From NCBI RefSeq assembly GCF_009914755.1, contig NC_060931.1: a stretch of 64,000 bases of DNA, one strand, 5' to 3'. The position numbers and the translations under genes were made by a program. The stretch is from the human T2T-CHM13v2.0 reference genome, Homo sapiens. The notes beneath the pieces were generated by a model. That model worked only from the letters and a program-made list of their open reading frames with translations. It was not told where the DNA came from and did no database searches. Position 1 is the stretch's first letter, and each line of letters opens with the position of its first letter. This document shows, piece after piece, positions 55,993-64,000 of this stretch.

Positions 55993-56419
55993 CTATACTG
56001 TTAACTGCACAAGGAGATGTATTTAATACTACATCTGCTTTAGTATATCATTGTGATTCCGGCACCTAGCACAGTGCCTGACATGTAGAAGTTCTTCACA
56101 AAGAACAAAGTGGCAGTAACAGGAAGCCCAAATGGAGGAGAAACACTCAACAAACTCCGTACACAACTGTCTGACCTCCTTCATGTCAATTTGATAGTTA
56201 AGCTTCATGGGATGAGACCCATTCACTTTTGAATCCCTCACGGTGCCTTGCCCATAGTAGGGACAGCTCAATAAATGTTTCATAAAACTATAAATGATGG
56301 TTTCTCTTCTCTCTCCTGGAATCATTTCTACAGACTTTCCTGCGTTTGATACATGCATGCCCTGGTGACAGATCATGTGCTAGAACTGGGATAATAGCCA
56401 TTGTCATAGGACGTTATGT

Positions 56420-56895
56420 AGTTGGGATTATGTTGGTCATAAAGCAACAGAAAGAAAACAAGTAAGAATGGCTTAAAAGAATTGAAAAGCTATTTCTTTC
56501 TAATGTTCCAGAAATCTAGAAGCAGGCAACCCATGATTGGAATGGAGCTCCATGGTGTCAGGGACCCAGGTTTCTTCTTTTTGCTCTGCCACAAGTGGCT
56601 TCCATTCCCAAGGTCACCTCATGGTTCAAAATGGCACCTGGAGCTCTGAGCACTAGTCATTACATGAACATTCCAGCCATCAAGAAGGAGGAAGAGGAGA
56701 ATGAAGGCATGCCTCCCTCTTCAGAAGTTTCATGTACCACCTCCACTTATGTCCCATTGGCCAGAACTTTGTCAAAAAAGCCTGAAAGGCATAGATTTTA
56801 TTATGGGGTGCCTTGTTCCCAGCTAATGTTTAGGAATCTCTCCCTATGGAAGAAGGGTAGAACTGACGTTGGGAAACAACTGGCAGCCTCTGCCA
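56420..56895 (-). mobile_element. Ancient MLT1-type LTR, antisense (degraded)
   Basis: aatggcttaaa...cagggacccaggtttcttc...cctcatggttcaaaatggc...cacttatgtcccattggccagaact. Ends approximate. Confidence 0.6.
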
Positions 56896-57526
56896 TTGAC
56901 CTGTCCTCAGCCATCCCATCACTAGCCAATATGAGTTTCATTAAGCATGTAGCATCTACTCTGATGATGTAGGGAAGGTTACCATGACAGTGACTTACAA
57001 TTAACCAGGTGTTTGGGACCAGTGCCAACAAACACTGCCTGAGAGATGACAGGCTTCTTTAGTTGCCCCATAATGGCACATTTCCGTTTCTGACATGGTC
57101 CCCATGGTGTCACAGGGGTGACCTGGGTCACTACTCTCTGCCTAGCAGAGCCAGGCCATGAACTGCAAGTCAGCATCTTTCCTGCAGCAGTGATTGCTTA
57201 TGTCCTGCACATGCTGGCTGACAGCAGCATTCAAATCATCAGAGAAATCAGGAAGTTGGAGTTAGGTATTCTCATTACATATATAAAGAAATAGAAGAGG
57301 CCAAAGTTTCAGAATACAAGTTATTTGACTCACACTTGTGAGGTCATGGGGTGCTGCCCTTTCTGACATCACTAGGGGACTGACAGGCCAGTAGATCTGA
57401 GAGCAGAAAAGCAATGATTGGGTCATTTTAGAACAGAGGAAAATAAACGGTTTTTATTTGATAAAAAGCAGATAATAATATTATTCATATTATTAGCTAC
57501 CATTTAGCTAGGAACTGTGCAAGCCC

Positions 57527-58044
57527 TATGGTTGCCAGCATCCAAGAAAACCCCCAATGATACTTGTTTCCTGATATTCATGCCTTTGCGTAGTCCCCTC
57601 CCATATTGAATCAGGGCTGACCTCTTTAACAAATAGAATACAATGGAAGTGGTGATTGTGACTTCTGAGGCCAAGTCCTAAAATGCATTGCAGTTTCTGC
57701 TTTGGTCTCTTGGTGGGTCACTCTGGGAGAAGCGAGTTGTCACTTTGAGGACACTCCATCAATCCTGTGGAGAGGAACTGAGGTCTCCTGCCAAGAACCA
57801 GCACCACATATCAGCCATGTGAGTGAACAGCCTTACAAGAAGATCCTCCTGCCCCAGTCTAGCCTTTGGATGACTGCAGCCCTGGCTGACATCCATGAAC
57901 CTTATAAGACCCTGAACCAGTACCACCCAGCTAAACCATTCCTCAATTCCTGACCCTCAGAAACTATGAGATAATTAATTTTTATTGTTCTTTAGGCCAC
58001 TACATTTTGGGGTAATTTGTTAGGCAGCAAAACATAATGAATAC
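57527..58044 (+). mobile_element. ERVL-MaLR solo LTR (MLT1F-like), apparently inserted in an antisense MIR
   Basis: cccccaatgatac...ttcatgcctttgcgtagtcccctccca...actctgggagaagc...gatgactgcagccctggctgaca...ggtaatttgttaggcagcaaaacataatgaataca. Confidence 0.85.
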
Positions 58045-59640
58045 AGCCTCTTTATATAATTTATTAATCACAATACCACTTGAAACTAGGTATTATTTCC
58101 CTGTTTTACTGATAAAGAAACTGATAATTTTTCCCCAGGTCAAAGAAGCTCGTAGAAGGAAAGCTGTTACTTTAGCATAGCTCTGCTTGCACAAAACCTA
58201 CATGCTGAACAACTGCTCACTATGCTACATGGCAAGTGGACCCACTTAGGACTTCCAGAATGCCTGGAAGAGAAAAGCCAAATGTCCCTAAATGAATTGA
58301 TTCTAGTGAGAGTGATTGTGAGGGTTACATGCTAGCGTTCAAAATTATATAGACTCTATAGGCATCTGTTAATCTGTGCTCTAAAATCCACAGCCAGATT
58401 GAAACTCAAGTGCATGATTGTGTTATGAAAATCAAAGTGAGGTTAACCCAGGGACTACCTATCAAGAAAGCCCCCATTTAGGTGCTTGGAATGCAGAAAG
58501 ATTCCCAAAGTTCCAGCAGAGTCTGTGCAGCCTCAAACAATTGCCTTTACCAGGGCCTTACAACCTGATGTCATTTGGGGATGCTGTATTTAAAGTTGCC
58601 TGAGTTACAGAGAACAGGGATATGGTCTATTATCTCAGAGGTGGGCATGAGCTCTATGGGGTGGAATGATCATTTGCCTCCTTATTTGCCCAAGAAATGT
58701 AGGGTGGAATGATCATTTGCTCTCCTCTTTTTTTTTTTTTCTGTGATGGATCAGTTTCTATTTACCATCTTGGCTCCCTGCCAGTGTGCTGACAGTGCCA
58801 AATTTGGTTGGTACATACTTGTCAGCAAAAGAATGTGAGTACTGCTCTGAAGTCACAGCAAATAATGGGTTTCTGAGATCTTCTCTTTGACTCACAGGTT
58901 TCCATGTGTCTCATTCTAGCCAGAGGCTTCACTGCAAGACCAAGAAGCCATTTAATATCTAGTGGAGGTTTCTGGTCTTGTATTGTTGGCTAAGAAAGCC
59001 AGAAATGTGGGTGAGAGAGAAGTCTGTTCTTGTTCCCCAGGCTTCCCCCATTGCACTCCAGATGCAAATCTGTTCTGGTAACCACATAGCCAAATAAACA
59101 AATGAGGATGGAAAGTCTCTTGCTGAAAAATGAAATGTCACTTCTAAAACAGAATTCATGATCTTCTTTCAGCTCTTTCAAACTTCCCTTTCTATGTTGG
59201 TGCCAACATGCCCCTGAGCTCAAAACTTTGGCATTAACATTGACTGTTCCCTCCATTCAGCCTTTCAAATTGAGCCAATCATCCAGGCTTGTCAATTGTG
59301 CCTTCAAAATATCCTAGGATTATTTCTCCTCCATTTTTACTTTGCTTTTATGTCATCACCTAGATAGATACCCGTGCCCAAATTTCTTTCCCCATTAGTA
59401 GCTCTAAGCTGCCTACTGCAATGATTACAAATTTATGCATCTAGCTTTCAAGACCCTGCATAGTTTATTCCTTCCTAACTTTATTAGGCTCAGGTCCCAG
59501 TGCTAATCCTTCTGCATACACATGTGCTCATGTGTACATACACACACAGACACACACTGCTGTGTGTATACACCATGCCCTGCACCATCACTCACCTTTC
59601 ATTTGGGCTGCCTTCTCTGCAGTTTTGGATATTCCTTTTA

Positions 59641-59931
<291 letters not shown>

Positions 59932-60500
59932 GGATGTTCCTTTTAATCCTTTGTCTGTCTTAACTCATTCTTAAGGAAAACTTTCTTGCCTCCTGCCGCC
60001 CACAGTCATCTCTCCTTTGACTATTTCCACAGGCTGTTATTTTCACTATTGGCCAAACCACACCTCTGCACTAGCCTCATTTTCTAGATCCCTCAGGCTT
60101 CTACAATCTCTCTGGACTCAAAAGTCTTTGGGAAAACAAAAATAGAACTGATTGACAGTAAAGCACAGCTCCTGATGACCCAGCTCACAAATGCTGCTAA
60201 TCAGAGCCACTATCCCAGAGACCACATTGTGCCGAGATTCATGGTTTGCTGGGCAGAAGGAAAAGCACCCGGTAATTGGCTGTGACCACAAAGGTCAACC
60301 ACATGAACACCCAGCAAGACAGGCATGATAAAAAGCAATAGAAGGCCTGGAGAGAAAAAAGCTGTGGTGGTAAGTGGTACTGGATGTGATTAGAGGTGGG
60401 GACAGGAGTTATGAGCAGCAGACACTCTGCAGGAGAGAAGCAAGTTGATGATGAAGTGAGAGAAGATACCAGCTTTATGGTCTGTAGAGGTGGCAATAAG

Positions 60501-60569
60501 CTCTCTCTCTCTCTCTCTTTCTCATTGTCTCTCTCTTTCTCGTTGTCTCTCACTTTCTCTCTCTCTCTC
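60501..60569. repeat. Imperfect (CT)n polypyrimidine tract
   Basis: Read directly from the sequence. Confidence 0.92.
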
Positions 60570-61239
60570 AATGGTATAGCCCTCAGGAATGAAGAAGACT
60601 CTGGGGAAAGCAGCAGCTTCCTCTCCTGCTATGTGGAACATCTCGGTATCATATGTAACCCCCTCTGCAATTATCCGCCAGGGGCAGCAAGCAGCTCAAG
60701 TACCTACAGATACCAAATGGATAATGTAAATGTGCAAAGTAGGGCAGGTATTAGGAATGGAGAGAGGTGGGAACCATGGCAAATTGAAGAGCACACACTC
60801 CATCGAAATGTGTCCAACTGTGCATCACATCTTCTTAAGATACCATATAGGCTAGACAAGACATATATTTGGGCCAAATATGGCCCACAGTCACCCTGCC
60901 TGTAATCTTGGGGCTTCACAGGTGTATGTGCAGCACATCATGACAACTGGTGATGAGAATGATGAACTTGGGTTGCCAACATGTTGGTTATGCTCTTTCA
61001 GACTTCCAGGACTAATGTGATCTAATGGGGCTACTGTAAATGTATTTTGGGAGGTAAGCTTGATGACATGGCTTTATCAGCTACCAGCTACAGCATGGTA
61101 GTGGCCCTTAAAGGATTTTAGATCACTTCCAGAAGATCTAGAATAAAAGGCTCATCTTATTGTTCCCTCAGTAACATTGGTGGCTTCTACCCTAGAGGCT
61201 GTGCCATAGTTAAGATTCTACTGCTGTTACCATATAACA

Positions 61240-61531
61240 TTTTTTTTTTTTAGATGGGGTCTCACTCTGTAGCCCAGACTGGAGTACGGTGGCAGGATCA
61301 AGCTCACTGAAACCTCAAACTCCTTGTCTCAAGCTATCCTCCCGCCTCAGCCTCCTGAGTAGCTGTGCCCAGATATATTTATATCAATCGATTGATAGAT
61401 AGATTTTAGTTTTTGTAGAAATGGGGTGTTGCTCTGTTGACCAGGCTGGTCTCAAACTCCTGGCCTCAAGCAATCCTCCCACCTCGGTGTCCCAAAGTGC
61501 TAGGATTACAGTGACTCCACTGCACCCAGCC
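61240..61531 (-). mobile_element. AluJ, antisense, with a rearranged linker
   Basis: agatggggtctcactctgtagcccagactgg...ctcaagctatcctcccgcctcagcctc...ctcaagcaatcctcccacctcgg...cactgcacccagcc. Confidence 0.9.
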
Positions 61532-62019
61532 TCATATAACTTTTTCACTTTCCTTCTCTTTACCTCTTGGTTTCTGCTTATTCTTGACTTGTCTTGCCTT
61601 GTGGCCTGCATTCTCCTTGTATTACTCAACTTGTGTCTCATAGGTAGACCAGTTAACATCTATCTATACAGTGCCTTTGCTGGACAGAACTCTCATGGCT
61701 ACCAGCCAACCTGCGCATGGCTGCTTTGGGCCAAGTGCTGAATATCTAAGTCAGCTTAGCATTGGCCAGAGAATCACAGTAACCAGGCACAAAGCATGGG
61801 GGCCCATTGATAAAGAACCACTTATGGTTATCCTCTGAAGGGGCTGTGAGCATAGCAGATACTTGGTGTCATGTCTACAGCACCAAGATGTCTAAAATTA
61901 CATTCAGGGTAGTCTCTTTAAGAAGGCAGGGAAAAGTTAGTTAAAAGAGGCATAGAAATCAAAGGCTTGACTTAGTTCTATGGAAAGTGAGGCTACTCAA
62001 ACTGGGTCTTGTTTCTGTA

Positions 62020-62420
62020 TAAATTAGGGTTGTATTTGGCTGCAAGTAACAGAATACCCAATTAAGCGTTCTTAAATAAATATGGATTTTTTTTTACAAG
62101 TACAGAGGTAGATGGTTATTGGTATTGGCTCAGCAGCTCTGTGATATTAAGGTAGCCATCTCTGAGATTCCTTTTGCTTGTGCCTTGTGGTTACAAGATC
62201 GCTACTGCAGATCCAGCATTGCCATTTGTGTGCAAAAAACGAAGGACAGGAGAAGGTCCTTGATAGCTCAGGCTGTCCCTTTTATCAGGAAGGCAAAGGT
62301 TTTCCAATAACTCACCTATCTCCACCAGCCAGTTCCTCTTAACATCTCATTGGCTGGATTTATGGCTTCCTAGCTGCAAGGCAGGCTGGGAAATCGGGCA
62401 CCTGGCTCTCCAACTAGATT
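62020..62420 (-). mobile_element. Ancient MLT1-type LTR, antisense (degraded)
   Basis: ttagggttgtatttggctgcaagtaacagaataccc...tggttacaagatcgctactgcag...cctagctgcaaggcaggctgggaaat. Confidence 0.65.
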
Positions 62421-62789
62421 GAAAGTATCTTGTTTCTCAGGCATAAGGATTTTTTCATGTTGTGGTTCAATGAAGCATTGGGTGGCTTATGCAAGAAGTG
62501 CAAGATAACAGAAAAAGCAAAGAAAAAAGTAGAGGTTTGAATATGGGCTCCATCATTTACTGACTCTGTATTCTAAAAGTAATTAACCTTGCTGAATGTT
62601 ATTTTCTTGCTAGAAAAGGGAGGTACTAAATGCCTGCCTAGCAGGGCTGTTGTGAAGATTGAATATTATAGTGTAGTTACAGTTCCTGGCCCTGAAGAGA
62701 TGCCCCCAAAGAGTCATTATTCTATTGTGGTGTGCTTTGTTCTGTCTGATGAGTATGTGGCAAGTAGACACAAAGTGGAAGCAGCAGAA

Positions 62790-63042
62790 CTTTGAGGTGA
62801 AGAGCATAGGCCCTAAATCAGGCCACTTGGTCCAGATTTCCCCTCTACCACTTACTAGTTGTGTGACCTTGGAGATGTTACCTGGCCTCTCTAAGCTTCA
62901 GTTCCCCTGTCTGTAAACTGGAGATAAGAATAGGACTTATCTCCTAGAGGTACATTTGGAAGAAAGAAAGAAGTAATATACACAAAGCATTGGGCACTGA
63001 GCCCAGCACAAAGTATGCGCACAGTAAGTTTTAGCTATTATT
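62790..63042 (+). mobile_element. MIR SINE (a weaker MIR lies at ~62535-62690)
   Basis: ctctaccacttactagttgtgtgaccttgg...cttcagttcccctgtctgtaaactggagataa. Confidence 0.8.
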
Positions 63043-63178
63043 AATATTGATTGGATTTTTTTCCCCTTGGCCCAGAATTAAACTTATTGAACCAAAAGAG
63101 CAAGTGCATTGCCGTTGAAACTCTTTAAAACCAAGTCCTTTTCAATCCCTAAAGTATACCAACTATTATAACTGGAAG

Positions 63179-63933
63179 CAGCAGCATACCAAGAGTGGGT
63201 TTGGGCATGGGCGGGGGGGCTTCCCTATATTCAGGAATTAAGAGGGTTCATTGTCAGTATAGAATTTTTTAAAAATAATTTTTAAAAACCCAAGTGAAAT
63301 AAAACATTGATCTGCTTTTTATGATCACCATCTACCAACATTTCTAAACAATGTCATTGATAAAATTGCCCCCTCACAAAACTTTTGTTTGCTTAAGTTC
63401 TAAACATTGCTGCAATGACTGTTGAGTTTTAATAATAGATCCATAAGTTGCACATCAACACATTTTTATTACTTATCCTTTAATAAAGATTGTGTTCTTT
63501 ATTAAAGTAAAGTACTGGAGAACTCTGAGTTATATAGTCAGCCCCTCATGCCTACAGACTCCATTTGTAACAGTTTTGAACTGGGGCTGGCTTCAATTTG
63601 TATCTCCAACTTGAGCAGTCCTTCACATTCCTGCATGCAAACAGCAGACTCAGCAACACAGATTTAGTGGCTGCAAAGACAAAAACATGGAATTTGAGTT
63701 ACTTCAATTCTGTGTGACTTTGGGAAATTTTATTTCTATTATATTTAAATTTAAATTGGCTAACAGAGCATGAACTGTGAGGTATGGTATTTATTTGAGC
63801 ATATTTGAGTGATCTTTTAAAAGGAAATTATTCTTTTAAAATTACTTGTTTTTCAGAGTAAAGATCAAGAAGATTGTGCTTATTTCTGATTATTACATGA
63901 TTACTGCTGAAAATATTTTTGTTATATAGAGGA
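63179..63933 (+). mobile_element. hAT-Tip100 DNA transposon (Zaphod-like), 5' part
   Basis: cagcagcataccaag...gggttcattgtc...tctgctttttatgatcacca...ttctaaacaatgtcattgataaaat resembles my recollection of the Zaphod 5' end. Confidence 0.6.
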
Positions 63934-64000
63934 TGTATTAGTTCGTTCTCATGCTGCCATAAAGAAAGAAAGGGTTTTAATTGATTCACAGTTCTTCATG
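63934..64000 (-). mobile_element. Start of a THE1/MST-type LTR cut by the window edge
   Basis: tgtattagttcgttctcatgctgccataaag...ttaattgattcacagttc. Confidence 0.8.

Noticed and set aside
60239-60905. 169-aa and 110-aa ORFs with SL- and ER-rich runs
   Set aside because: Held open by the (CT)n tract, with no homology evident.

Overview
Primate (human-like) non-coding genomic DNA, intergenic or deep intronic. I see no credible host protein-coding gene, rRNA, tRNA or CpG island. Most of the window is interspersed repeat: Alu, MIR, L2, old and younger L1, many ERVL-MaLR LTRs, ERV1 LTRs and hAT DNA transposons. The larger elements are a complete THE1-type LTR-internal-LTR element (6015-8399), an internally deleted MER83-like ERV1 provirus with gag/pro remnants (15392-18834, AGACT TSD), a near-full-length ancient L1MD/L1MC-type element nested in an older L1 (34264-41572), and a 1.4-kb L1PA 3' fragment (54543-55933). 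I found no new multi-gene biological system. The most unusual signals are DNA-repair or rearrangement scars: a 107-bp inverted copy of 11420-11526 pasted into the THE1 internal region at 6617-6723, a direct-plus-inverted micro-duplication at 41201-41284, and a mosaic AluS/AluY with intact TSDs. There are also candidate regulatory motifs in unique sequence (inverted octamer pair, CTCF-like pair). Repeat subfamily names come from my recollection of consensus sequences, not from a search. Boundaries without a quoted TSD are approximate.
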